The notes: a model not told the origin generated them from the letters alone. A stretch of 32,000 nt of DNA from Alkanindiges illinoisensis DSM 15370 (GCF_000619845.1 NZ_JHUX01000003.1:790064-822063); one strand, 5' to 3'. Numbered from the stretch's first letter, positions 1 through 8,840 are shown. Numbers and translations are program-made.

Positions 1-598
1 GGAATGAGCTGGTTGCTCCCAATTCTTTTAGCATTTCCCTGGCGGTTTGTTGATCTGCTGTGAGCCATTCCATGCGCAAATGAGCTGGAATGACAACAAT
101 AGACCTTTTTTCATCCTCAGGGGCATGAAAATGCTTCATTAGCGAATGCTGGTCTGCATTTACCGTAAGCATGGTCATGGAACGCACCAGTTCATCATGC
201 TGCTGGGCTAATTCATACAGCGCTGCAACCGTAAATGGTTGATCATCGTTGCGTTCGATGGCCCAACGCTCGGGTTTATTGTTTAAATAGCGCGGCTCAT
301 AAATGCTTTCTACCGCAACCAGCGCAAACTGATGGTTGCGCCATGCCTGCCTGAAACTGGGTTTCTCTGCTACAGTTTCCAGTCGTGCATTGTAGGTATG
401 CCGACTAATTTTGGAATCTTCTGCCCATTTGGGAATCAAGCCAAAAATAGCTTCACGCCATTCCATATGATTTTTATGCTTCACCAGTATAGGACTGTTA
501 TAGCCGGGATAAACCTCGCTTTTATAATCAAACGTCGGTGGAAATAAGTCCAGAATTGGCGAAAGTTCGGGGCGTAGCGGTTTAAAATTGGCACACAT
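1..598 (-). CDS. SOS response-associated peptidase (SRAP/YedK, DUF159) family protein; 3' end cut by the window edge
   Basis: Absent from the ORF track because it runs off the left edge. Manual reverse translation from the ATG at 598-596 gives MCANFKPLRPELSPILDLFPPTFDYKSEVYPGYNSPILVKHKNHMEWREAIFGLIPKWAEDSKISRHTYNARLETVAEKPSFRQAW... The frame is open for all 199 codons down to position 2. The Met-Cys N-terminus (catalytic Cys2) and the NARxETVxEKPSF block are SRAP hallmarks. Confidence 0.8.
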   Translation of the reverse strand, partial: MCANFKPLRPELSPILDLFPPTFDYKSEVYPGYNSPILVKHKNHMEWREAIFGLIPKWAEDSKISRHTYNARLETVAEKPSFRQAWRNHQFALVAVESIYEPRYLNNKPERWAIERNDDQPFTVAALYELAQQHDELVRSMTMLTVNADQHSLMKHFHAPEDEKRSIVVIPAHLRMEWLTADQQTAREMLKELGATSSF

Positions 599-718
599 GA
601 CAGGAAAATACTGGATATGATTTTCAAGTGTGGCATAGCTTAAAGCCAAGCGCCATGCCAGTTGAAAGACAGATTGATGAAAAATAAATCAACCTTCTAA
701 AAACTTTATGTTTTGCCT

Positions 719-746
719 TTGCACCTTGAAAGACATGGTGTATTAT
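719..746 (+). promoter_or_regulatory. candidate sigma70 promoter for the tRNA gene
   Basis: TTGCAC (719-724), 16 nt, TATTAT (741-746), then a GC-rich CTGCCCGC discriminator (747-754). It lies about 70 nt upstream of the tRNA 5' end. By-eye match only. Confidence 0.35.
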
Positions 747-819
747 CTGCCCGCAATGTAACTGATCTACTTGATAAAATTATTTTTAGTTTTTCAAGAG
801 ATTTGTCAGTACAAATCAA

Positions 820-896
<77 letters not shown>

Positions 897-1216
897 TAAT
901 TATCAATAACTTAAGCTCCTGACTGCCTATCTTTTAACTTAATAATTTTCTGTGTAAGCGTTATATAAACGTAAGCTTAAATCTGATTTTTCACTCATTT
1001 TTAACATCAAATTTTGCAAAAATCCTCAATCAGCCAGAAAGTTTCTGTAAAATAACCTCCTGAAAAATGCTTAATCAGTTTGGATGTTTCTTTTAACCGG
1101 ATTCTGGATTAATCCTAAGCCTTTTTATGAAACTTCATTGTTTCAAATCTCCGTTATATCCCAGTATTTGCAATCTTAAGTATCCGTGGTGATGCCTAAG
1201 AGTTTTAGGTGCCAAC

Positions 1217-3421
1217 ATGGAAATCAAAGTCAATTATCTCGATAACCTTCGTCAGGAAGCCAAGTTTGATGACTTTACGGTAATTGCCGATCAACCCATC
1301 CGCTATAAGGGTGATGGCTCAGCCCCTGGGCCTTTTGACTATTTTCTGGCATCTTCTGCGCTTTGTGCTGCCTACTTTGTCAAGGTTTACTGTGCAGCAC
1401 GTCAAATTCCAACTGACAACATCCGTTTATCACAAAATAATATTGTTGACCCTGAAAATCGCTATAAACAGATTTTTAAAATTCAGATTGAACTGCCAGC
1501 CGATATTTCTGACAAAGACCGGCAGGGCATTTTGCGCTCTATTGACCGCTGCACTGTCAAAAAGGTGATTCAGGCTGGCCCGGAATTTATCATTGAAGAA
1601 GTCGAAAGCATTGACGCTGATGCGCAAGCGCTATTAATGCCAAGTCTAGCCTCGGCAAGCAGCACTTATATTGCCGGCAAAGACCTGCCGCTGGAACAAA
1701 CCATTGCCAATATGTCGGCTATTTTAGCCAATCTGGGCATGAAGATTGAAATTGCATCGTGGCGTAATATTGTTCCCAATGTGTGGTCGCTACATATCCG
1801 TGATGCCCAGTCACCCATGTGCTTTACCAATGGGAAAGGTGCAACCAAGGAAAGTGCATTGGCATCAGCCTTAGGCGAATTTATAGAACGCTTAAACTGC
1901 AACTTTTTCTATAACGACCAGTTCTGGGGCGAAGATATCGCCAATGCAGATTTTGTGCATTATCCCGATGAAAAATGGTTTAAGCCGGGTAAAAAAGATG
2001 CGTTACCTGCCGAGATTTTAGATGAATACTGTCTGGAAATTTATAATCCGGATGGCGAGCTGCGTGGCTCGCATTTGTATGACACCAATTCTGGCAATAC
2101 CAAACGCGGGATATGCTCACTGCCGTTTGTGCGCCAGTCGGATGGAAAAACAGTTTATTTTCCATCCAATTTAATTGAAAATCTGTACTTAAGTAATGGT
2201 ATGAGTGCAGGCAATACACTGGCTGAAGCGCAGGTACAGTGCTTGTCGGAAATTTTTGAACGTGCGGTAAAGCGTGAAATTCTGGAAGGCGAGATGACAC
2301 TGCCCGATGTACCGCAGGACGTACTGGCCAAATATCCGGGTATTGTGGCAGGCATTCAGGGGTTGGAAGAACAGGGTTTTCCTGTACTGGTCAAAGATGC
2401 CTCTCTGGGTGGCAAGTTTCCCGTGATGTGTGTGACCTTGATGAATCCGCGTACTGGTGGTGTATTTGCTTCATTTGGCGCGCATCCAAGCCTTGAGGTA
2501 GCGCTGGAACGTAGTCTGACTGAGCTGTTGCAGGGCCGCAGTTTTGAGGGATTAAATGATTTGCCTCAGCCAACCTTTAGTACGCATGCCGTTACTGAAC
2601 CCAACAATTTTGTTGAGCATTTTATTGATTCCAGCGGTGTGGTGTCGTGGCGCTTCTTTAGCGCAAAAGCTGACTTTGAGTTTGTTGAATGGGACTTTAC
2701 CAATCAGGGTAAACATTCCAACAGCGATGAAGCAGCGGCACTGTTTGGCATCCTTAAAGACATGGGCAAGGAAGTTTATATGGCTGTGTATGAGCATTTG
2801 GGTGCAAGCGCTTGCCGTATTCTGGTGCCGGATTATTCAGAGGTTTATCTGGTTGAAGACCTGATCTGGGATAATACTAATAAGGCACTGTTATTCCGCG
2901 AAGATATCCTGAATCTGCATATTCTGGACAAAAAAGCACTGAAAAAACTGCTGAAGCGTCTGGAAGACAGTGATCTGGACGATTACACCGAAATCAGCAC
3001 ACTGATTGGTATTGAGTTTGATGACAACACAGTCTGGGGTCAGCTTACCATTCTGGAATTAAAGCTGCTGATTAGTCTGGCATTGCAAAAGTTTGAGGAT
3101 GCAAAAGAGCTGGTAGAAACTTTCCTGCAATATAATGACAACACGGTTGAGCGTGGCTTGTTTTATCAGGCTTTAAATGTAGTGCTGGAAGTGCTATTGG
3201 ACGACGATCTGGAACTTAAAGATTATGAGGTTAATTTTCGTCGAATGTTTGGCAACGAGCGAATGGATGCCGTACTGGGTTCCGTGGATAGCAGCGTCCG
3301 CTTTTACGGCTTAACACCCACCAGCATGAAACTTGAAGGGCTTGACCGCCACCAGCGCTTGATTGACAGCTATAAAAAACTGCATGCGGCACGTCGCAAA
3401 TTGGTAGCTTTATCAAATTAA
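1217..3421 (+). CDS. OsmC-domain / YcaO-domain fusion protein (734 aa) with helical TPR-like C-terminal region
   Basis: The N-terminal ~135 aa looks OsmC/Ohr-like, with two Cys (SSALCAAYF and IDRCTVKK). A YcaO-type core follows (GKGATKESALASALGEFIERL ... SNGMSAGNTLAEAQVQCLSEIFER ... GAHPSLEVALERSLTELLQG). AGGTG lies 5 nt upstream of the ATG. Confidence 0.85.
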   Translation: MEIKVNYLDNLRQEAKFDDFTVIADQPIRYKGDGSAPGPFDYFLASSALCAAYFVKVYCAARQIPTDNIRLSQNNIVDPENRYKQIFKIQIELPADISDKDRQGILRSIDRCTVKKVIQAGPEFIIEEVESIDADAQALLMPSLASASSTYIAGKDLPLEQTIANMSAILANLGMKIEIASWRNIVPNVWSLHIRDAQSPMCFTNGKGATKESALASALGEFIERLNCNFFYNDQFWGEDIANADFVHYPDEKWFKPGKKDALPAEILDEYCLEIYNPDGELRGSHLYDTNSGNTKRGICSLPFVRQSDGKTVYFPSNLIENLYLSNGMSAGNTLAEAQVQCLSEIFERAVKREILEGEMTLPDVPQDVLAKYPGIVAGIQGLEEQGFPVLVKDASLGGKFPVMCVTLMNPRTGGVFASFGAHPSLEVALERSLTELLQGRSFEGLNDLPQPTFSTHAVTEPNNFVEHFIDSSGVVSWRFFSAKADFEFVEWDFTNQGKHSNSDEAAALFGILKDMGKEVYMAVYEHLGASACRILVPDYSEVYLVEDLIWDNTNKALLFREDILNLHILDKKALKKLLKRLEDSDLDDYTEISTLIGIEFDDNTVWGQLTILELKLLISLALQKFEDAKELVETFLQYNDNTVERGLFYQALNVVLEVLLDDDLELKDYEVNFRRMFGNERMDAVLGSVDSSVRFYGLTPTSMKLEGLDRHQRLIDSYKKLHAARRKLVALSN

Positions 3422-3634
3422 TTAAATCCAGACATGGCTTGGGATAATCCTAATAGGTTTTACCTAAGCCACGCTTTGGAAAGTTTTATTCACTCAGGTC
3501 AAATAAGATGAAAAATGCATTACACGAAAATGCATTAATTCACATGCCAAAATATTTGTTCACCTAAAGTTTATTGAATCACTATCAAATTTTTAGCAAT
3601 GATGAGTAAATGATAAAACCAAGGGAAGCAGCCA

Positions 3635-3868
3635 ATGGAAGTGGTATCCATCTGTGAGAACTGCAAAAACCTGATGCTCAAATCGATGGAGCCATGCCGG
3701 TTTTGTGGCTTTAAGCGCAAAGATTATGGCAGCGCTTTCGTGGTCTTTATTGTGATTTTAATGGTTTTGGTGCTGGTATTAACCATTTTTGGCATGCGGA
3801 ATTTCAAGCACCCAGACGAGAACCAGCCTTCTAATCAACAAACTACCAGCACCCCAACAAAAAAATAA
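3635..3868 (+). CDS. small zinc-ribbon protein with one transmembrane helix (77 aa)
   Basis: CENC...CRFCG (CxxC-x9-CxxC knuckles) is followed by a hydrophobic FVVFIVILMVLVLVLTIFG segment and a polar tail. AAGGGAAG lies upstream of the ATG. The architecture and spacing match the ORF at 22568-22786. Confidence 0.6.
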   Translation: MEVVSICENCKNLMLKSMEPCRFCGFKRKDYGSAFVVFIVILMVLVLVLTIFGMRNFKHPDENQPSNQQTTSTPTKK

Positions 3869-4017
3869 TGCTATTTCTCAAAACAACCAGAGCTCACTTT
3901 TCAGACCTGTTTATTTCTTAAAATAATGATTATTTCTACAAGCATAGTGAATCGATAAAAATAAATTTAATGAGTGTGCAAACCCGGGCTAAATGATAAT
4001 TTTAAAGCTTTCAAGAT

Positions 4018-4054
4018 GCTAAAGGCTAAAGGCTAAAGGCTAAAGGCTAAAGGC
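4018..4054. repeat. perfect heptanucleotide tandem repeat (GCTAAAG)x5 plus GC
   Basis: Units counted at 4018-4024, 4025-4031, 4032-4038, 4039-4045 and 4046-4052. The tusE stop codon (TAG, complement of 4047-4049) and the last Leu codon lie in the gene-proximal unit. Confidence 0.95.
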
Positions 4055-4379
4055 AATTGGCAGGCTTGGGTAATCCGGCCAGTCTGGCCAAAGTCCGTGC
4101 AACCAAACCGGTCTGAAAATCCTGCATAAGCTGGGCATTACTAATCTGCTCACCCAGTTCCTTGATTAAAAACTTGATGAGTGGTCGGGTGGCTGGTGCA
4201 TAACCAAACTGCTGGTAAAATTTTTGTACGGCAAACAGGATGGTTAAATGGGCAGGGGTGAGGGTTAAACCTTCTTTTTGTGCCATGATTTGCGCAATTT
4301 CCGGCGTCCAGTCCAGATAATTTTGCAAATGACCATCCTGATCCAGCAGGAGTTCATGTTCAGAAGTGATATGATTCAT
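4047..4379 (-). CDS. tusE: sulfurtransferase TusE (DsrC family)
   Basis: 110 aa. The C-terminus ...LARLAGLPKPANCL matches the conserved TusE/DsrC tail (E. coli ...GLPKPVKCI), with the penultimate-region Cys. It is the last gene of the tusDCB-E string. Confidence 0.85.
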   Translation of the reverse strand: MNHITSEHELLLDQDGHLQNYLDWTPEIAQIMAQKEGLTLTPAHLTILFAVQKFYQQFGYAPATRPLIKFLIKELGEQISNAQLMQDFQTGLVARTLARLAGLPKPANCL

Positions 4380-4448
4380 GCGCTATAGTCATTGCTGTAA
4401 AGTAATAAATAGAAAAAGCAGGGCCTTCATAGTTTAATCTGTAGTGAC

Positions 4449-4745
4449 TCATTTCCAGGTGATATGCCGCTTATGCAGCAATACCAGTTGTGCCCATTCA
4501 TCATAGCTCAGGATTTTATATTCTATTTGCTCAGGCGGAAAACCTAAAACATCCAGATCAGCCTGTAAGACATAAATCTGATTAAAGCCTGTCAATCGCT
4601 GGTCAAAAACACCCTGTGCTGCTGGGCCAAGCAATATCAATGCATCATCCGGTTGCCATAATGCACTGATTTGCTCAATACAGTTTGCCCATAAGCTGGG
4701 TGCATGGCAAATTTGATGCAGTGTGGATGAAGTGGCTGTACTCAT
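4449..4745 (-). CDS. tusB: sulfurtransferase complex subunit TusB (DsrH family)
   Basis: 98 aa. Size, position after tusC, and the DsrH-like pattern (..ALILLGPAAQG.., C-terminal ..ITWK). Confidence 0.75.
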   Translation of the reverse strand: MSTATSSTLHQICHAPSLWANCIEQISALWQPDDALILLGPAAQGVFDQRLTGFNQIYVLQADLDVLGFPPEQIEYKILSYDEWAQLVLLHKRHITWK

Positions 4746-4790
4746 AATATTACCTGTAATGAATTATTCTAAATACCAGATCAAAAGAGT

Positions 4791-5150
4791 TTACCAGTAC
4801 AGCACCTGATTAAACTGTGCGAGCAGGGCAGGGTTCAAATTGACCAGTTCATATTCAATAGACGTTTTTAAATGCTGAAGCTGTGCTTGCTGTTTTTGAC
4901 ATACCCAGACGGGCAGCAAGTCATAGAATTCAAAACTTTCTACCATGCCATATGCTGATTTGAAAGGTGGTGAGCTGCTCATGCTAATAGCTGTATGGTG
5001 AGGTGCCTGAAGCAGGGAAATTGCTTCATTAATCAGGCAAACCTTGACATTAAGGCCAAATGTGGCGAGCACCATAGTGGCCGACAAGGCTTCCAGCAAG
5101 GTTTGGCCAGAAGCTGCACCCTGACTAAAAATTACTAAAACGGATTTCAC
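4791..5150 (-). CDS. tusC: sulfurtransferase complex subunit TusC (DsrF family)
   Basis: 119 aa. DsrE/F-fold-like N-terminus (KSVLVIFSQGAASGQT..), located between tusD and tusB. Confidence 0.75.
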   Translation of the reverse strand: MKSVLVIFSQGAASGQTLLEALSATMVLATFGLNVKVCLINEAISLLQAPHHTAISMSSSPPFKSAYGMVESFEFYDLLPVWVCQKQQAQLQHLKTSIEYELVNLNPALLAQFNQVLYW

Positions 5151-5215
5151 ACGACTTGCCTCAGTTTAAAATCAATTTGAATTGCTGTGTTCTGAATTGT
5201 TGCGTTCTGGAACTG

Positions 5216-5611
5216 CTAGAACTGAAGGGTACGTTCGGCGGCCATCATTGCATCAGCCAGCTCTCCCAAACCTGCCAGGCGAAATCCCGACAGCAGATTG
5301 GCGGTGCTGAGCTGGTGGCGCTCGGCATTGTCCAGATCAGTAACGCCGCGGTTCAGGGCAGCACTAACACATACAGGTAAATCAATACCCAAGCTTCGCC
5401 ATTGTTGTCCCAGATTGGGTTCATCCTGTGGACGCCAGCTTAAGGCATTTGCAATTGTTACGGCATCCTGATAAAAGAAAACCTGAACAGTATGTTGGAC
5501 TTGAATCAAAGACTGAGCAAGTCTAAACGCATGCCATGCAACAGGATGAGTACCTGGCTGTGTTAACAAAAGTAGTGTCATGATGGTCATGATTCCAACA
5601 TAAAAATTCAT
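5216..5611 (-). CDS. tusD: sulfurtransferase complex subunit TusD (DsrE family)
   Basis: Similar to E. coli TusD, including the active-site region LPVCVSAALNRGV and the C-terminal ..RTLQF. The start is uncertain: in-frame ATGs at 5611, 5590 and 5581, and homology favours one of the two downstream starts. Confidence 0.8.
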   Translation of the reverse strand: MNFYVGIMTIMTLLLLTQPGTHPVAWHAFRLAQSLIQVQHTVQVFFYQDAVTIANALSWRPQDEPNLGQQWRSLGIDLPVCVSAALNRGVTDLDNAERHQLSTANLLSGFRLAGLGELADAMMAAERTLQF

Positions 5612-5659
5612 CTATGATAGTGCTGTTAAGCATTTTAGAATATAAATTGAGGTAATTTC

Positions 5660-6667
5660 ATGATTTTAGTGACAGGAGGCTTGGGATATATCGGGTCACA
5701 TATGGCTGCGATACTACTGGCAAACGGTCATGACGTCATCTTGGTTGATAATTTATGCAACAGTAAAATGGAAGTACTGGAGCGCCTTGAATACATGGCA
5801 GGGCGTTATGTCACTTTCATTCGCCTTGATGTCAGAAATACCCCGGCTTTACAGCGTACGATAGAGCAATACGCGGTAACAGCCATTGTGCATACTGCGT
5901 CCAACAAATCCATACCAGATTCTATCAATCAGCCGCTGGATTTTTATAATAACAATGTAACCTGTACCACTAGTATTTTGCGTGCCATGCAGCGTACTTC
6001 CGTTAAAACCCTGCTGCTCTGTTCATCACTGGCTGTTTATGGCGCTGATCAAGCTGAACCGGTGACCGAAGATACTGCATTTAAACCAGCTAGCCCGTAT
6101 GCCAAAAGCCTGCAAATGTCTGAACAGATTGTTCAGGATGTGGCACAGGTTGATACTGACTGGCGTATTGCCATTATGCGCTATGGCAATGTAGCGGGTG
6201 CTTATCCGACGGGTGTACTGGGAGAATGGCCGGGCAGCCTGCCATCCAACCTGATGCCCTATCTGGTGCAACTGGCGCGGCATGAACGTGAAACACTGGA
6301 AATCTATGGCGATCAGTACACCACGGCAGATGGTACAGGCGTGCGCGACTATATTCACGTTCTGGATGTTGCTGAAGCCAATATGCATGCCCTAAGCTGG
6401 TTATTTAATCAGGTTCAGGCGCTGGAAGCTTTCAACATTTGTACTGGTAAAGGGACTTCCGTGCGGGAAGTTGCTGAAATCTTTGCAGACGTCACTCAGC
6501 AACCCGTACCACAGCAGGTTGTCGGTGCCCGCGCTGGCGATATGGGCAGTTTAGTGGGTAATCCTGAGAAAGCACAAAAAATCCTTAACTGGCAAGCCAA
6601 GCGTAGTGTAGAAGAGATGGCCACTGATTTATGGCGTTTTTATCAGTTTGTTCGGCCACTCAACTAG
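5660..6667 (+). CDS. UDP-glucose 4-epimerase (GalE)-like extended SDR, with atypical active-site motif
   Basis: Collinear by eye with E. coli GalE (MxxLVTGGxGYIGSH, DNLCNS, DGTGVRDYIHV). The catalytic YxxxK reads Y147-A-K-S-L151 (codons 6098-6112), so the Lys is replaced by Leu. Confidence 0.8.
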   Translation: MILVTGGLGYIGSHMAAILLANGHDVILVDNLCNSKMEVLERLEYMAGRYVTFIRLDVRNTPALQRTIEQYAVTAIVHTASNKSIPDSINQPLDFYNNNVTCTTSILRAMQRTSVKTLLLCSSLAVYGADQAEPVTEDTAFKPASPYAKSLQMSEQIVQDVAQVDTDWRIAIMRYGNVAGAYPTGVLGEWPGSLPSNLMPYLVQLARHERETLEIYGDQYTTADGTGVRDYIHVLDVAEANMHALSWLFNQVQALEAFNICTGKGTSVREVAEIFADVTQQPVPQQVVGARAGDMGSLVGNPEKAQKILNWQAKRSVEEMATDLWRFYQFVRPLN

Positions 6668-6713
6668 CTAGTTATGCTTTTTTAATTTTTGTAATTAACT
6701 CAAATTAACAAAC

Positions 6714-6739
6714 TTGCATCAAAGCCTGTTTTGATGCAA
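6714..6739 (+). terminator. stem-loop downstream of the galE-like gene (possible terminator)
   Basis: A perfect 10-bp stem, TTGCATCAAA (6714-6723) / TTTGATGCAA (6730-6739), with loop GCCTGT. It is followed by an A-rich run, not a T-rich one, so it is not a canonical intrinsic terminator. Confidence 0.3.
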
Positions 6740-6898
6740 AAACAAATTATTATTATTCTGGCATACCATCTAAAACCATAGCAGATAACAACAAATTTTA
6801 TTATGCTGCCTTGGCCAGCTCATTTTGCCTCACCAGGCCCAGCCAGCTTATTTTGTCCTGTTAAAACTGTATTTTCTAAAGATGAAGTGGAGCTATAC

Positions 6899-8290
6899 AT
6901 GGAAACACGTATTGAACATGACACAATGGGTGAGATTGAAGTCCCGGCCAATGTCTATTGGGGTGCACAAACCCAGCGCAGTTTGCAGAATTTTAAAATT
7001 GGGCAGGAGCGCATGCCACGTCCCATGATTAAAGCCATGGGCACGGTTAAAAAAGCGGCAGCAATGGTGAATGCCGAGCTTGGGCAGATTTCAAAAGAAA
7101 TTTCACAGCTTATTGTTCCAGCGGCAGAGCAGGTAATTGCAGGCAAATGGGATGAGCAGTTTCCCTTAGTGGTATGGCAAACTGGTTCTGGCACGCAAAG
7201 TAATATGAACTGCAATGAAGTCATTGCAAATATTGCCAATTTAAGTGTAGGGCAGGCATTAGGTGCACAATATCCAGTGCATCCCAATGATCATGTCAAT
7301 CGTGCGCAATCTACCAATGATTCCTTTCCCACAGCCATTCATGTGGCAGCTGCGGTTGAAATCAATGAGCTGCTGATTCCCGCCGTAAAACAGTTGCGTG
7401 ATACGCTCGAGCAGAAATCCCGTGAGTTCGAGAATATTGTTAAAATTGGCCGTACCCATTTGCAGGATGCAACACCCTTAACATTGGGGCAGGAATTTAG
7501 TGGCTATGTGTGCCAGCTGGATCATGGTTTAAAGCGTCTGAATCAGGCCTTGCAGGGATTATATGAATTGCCGCTGGGTGGGACAGCAGTGGGTACGGGC
7601 TTAAATGCCCATCCGGATTATGCAGCAAAAAGTGCGGATAAAATTGCTGAATTAACGAGCTTGCCGTTTGTGACTGCCCCTAACAAATTTGAGGCATTGG
7701 CCGCGCGTGATGCTGCGGTATTTGCGTCGGGTGCGCTCAAGACACTGGCTGTAAGCTTAAACAAGATTGCCAATGATATTCGCTGGCTGTCCAGTGGTCC
7801 GCGTTGTGGCATTGGAGAAATCCGCATTCCTGAAAACGAGCCGGGTTCCAGCATTATGCCGGGCAAGGTGAATCCCACTCAGTCTGAAGCCATGACCATG
7901 GTGGTAGCTCAGGTTTTGGGTAATGACACTACCATTAATGTGGCGGGGGCCTCAGGTAATTTTGAACTCAACGTATTTATGCCAGTTATTGCCTTTAACC
8001 TGTTGCAATCCATTCGCTTGCTGGGCGATGCCTGTAATAGTTTTAATGATAACTGTGCGTATGGCATTGAACCTAATCTGGAAAAAATTGAATATTACCT
8101 GCACAATTCGCTGATGCTGGTAACCGCGTTAAATCCGGTAATTGGCTATGAAAATGCGGCCAAGGTTGCCAAAACAGCTTATAAGGAAGGCAAAACCTTG
8201 AAGCAGGTTGCGGTTGATTTGGGCTTGGTTACTGCTGAGCAATTTGATCAGGTGGTAAGACCAGAACATATGGTAGCGCCTAAAGCCTAA
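6899..8290 (+). CDS. fumC: class II fumarate hydratase
   Basis: [28 protein letters not shown]... and the [16 protein letters not shown] signature. I place the start at ATG 6899 (GGAG 7 nt upstream), not at the track's 6803. The upstream 32 codons have no FumC counterpart. Confidence 0.95.
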   Translation: METRIEHDTMGEIEVPANVYWGAQTQRSLQNFKIGQERMPRPMIKAMGTVKKAAAMVNAELGQISKEISQLIVPAAEQVIAGKWDEQFPLVVWQTGSGTQSNMNCNEVIANIANLSVGQALGAQYPVHPNDHVNRAQSTNDSFPTAIHVAAAVEINELLIPAVKQLRDTLEQKSREFENIVKIGRTHLQDATPLTLGQEFSGYVCQLDHGLKRLNQALQGLYELPLGGTAVGTGLNAHPDYAAKSADKIAELTSLPFVTAPNKFEALAARDAAVFASGALKTLAVSLNKIANDIRWLSSGPRCGIGEIRIPENEPGSSIMPGKVNPTQSEAMTMVVAQVLGNDTTINVAGASGNFELNVFMPVIAFNLLQSIRLLGDACNSFNDNCAYGIEPNLEKIEYYLHNSLMLVTALNPVIGYENAAKVAKTAYKEGKTLKQVAVDLGLVTAEQFDQVVRPEHMVAPKA

Positions 8291-8307
8291 AGCCTTACGA
8301 TACGATG

Positions 8308-8337
8308 AAAAAAGACTTCTCCGGAAGTCTTTTTTTT
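8308..8337 (+). terminator. Rho-independent terminator of fumC
   Basis: Stem AGACTTC (8313-8319) / GAAGTCT (8324-8330), 4-nt loop, then T7 (8331-8337). An upstream A-run can extend the stem. Confidence 0.8.
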
Positions 8338-8364
8338 ATGTGAGCAGATTTTCTAAAGCTTTAA

Positions 8365-8399
8365 GATAATGATTGAAAATAATAATGAATATCATTTAC
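8365..8399 (+). promoter_or_regulatory. two overlapping Fur-box-like sites upstream of the DUF3649/PepSY operon
   Basis: AATAATGAATATCATTTAC (8381-8399) matches 14/19 positions of the GATAATGATAATCATTATC consensus. GATAATGATTGAAAATAAT (8365-8383) matches about 12/19. Both lie 125-160 nt upstream of the 8523 start. Confidence 0.6.
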
Positions 8400-8522
8400 T
8401 ATATAACCCTGATTTCCTGCTGCCAGACAATTAAAAGTTGGTTATTCAAGCCGTCAATCGAGCATATTGATATTGAAAGTATTTTGGGTAATAGCAGCGG
8501 TATAAGCAATGAGATATGAGCA

Positions 8523-8837
8523 ATGATGATAGATAAGATGCGCTGGCCTAGTGACAATGCCCGCTACCGCTTTCAGGTATTGTTACGTGTACTGGCCGGA
8601 TTCATTGGCGGCTATGTATTAACAGGTTATATCACTGCGGTGACAGCCGTCCTGTTACCCATGACCCGTGCCGATGCAGTGATGCTATCCAGCATGCTGA
8701 GCTATCTGTGGTTTGCAGGCGTTCTTATCTGGGCTTTTGCCGTTAAATCCTTGCTTAACTTATACCTGATTCTGTTCATGTTAATTGGTGCGATGGCAAC
8801 CCTGTATTTTGCGCTACAGTCTGGCATAGCGGGATAA
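8523..8837 (+). CDS. DUF3649-like small membrane protein (iron-uptake operon member)
   Basis: 104 aa with 3 predicted TM segments. The RYRFQVLLRVLAGFIGGYVLT motif and the position immediately before a PepSY-TM gene are typical of DUF3649. Confidence 0.7.
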   Translation: MMIDKMRWPSDNARYRFQVLLRVLAGFIGGYVLTGYITAVTAVLLPMTRADAVMLSSMLSYLWFAGVLIWAFAVKSLLNLYLILFMLIGAMATLYFALQSGIAG

Positions 8838-8840
8838 AAT

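Noticed and set aside
725-799. CTTGAAA ... TTTCAAG inverted repeat near the SRAP gene as an SOS/UmuDAb-type box
   Set aside because: The arms are only 7 nt and about 61 nt apart, which does not fit a compact operator.
897-1216. tRNA-adjacent genomic island or integration site
   Set aside because: No integrase is present, I could not find a direct repeat of the tRNA 3' end, and only 320 bp of spacer precedes a core-looking gene.
3508-3567. 19-codon ORF (MKNALHENALIHMPKYLFT) overlapping the twin palindromes
   Set aside because: No ribosome-binding site was recognised, and the repetition in the peptide simply mirrors the DNA repeat.
3635-3868. The 77-aa ORF as a RiPP precursor peptide for the adjacent YcaO
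   Set aside because: The YcaO here is the E. coli-like stand-alone/OsmC-fused type, with no E1-like partner, dehydrogenase or protease nearby. The small protein has a zinc ribbon and a TM helix, and a paralog lies 19 kb away next to tamB.
6741-6800. Fur box upstream of fumC (AAATTATTATTATTC region)
   Set aside because: It matches the Fur consensus poorly and is mostly generic AT-rich sequence.
6803-6898. N-terminal 32-codon extension of fumC in the ORF track
   Set aside because: It has no FumC counterpart. ATG 6899 has a GGAG at proper spacing and gives the canonical [12 protein letters not shown] start.
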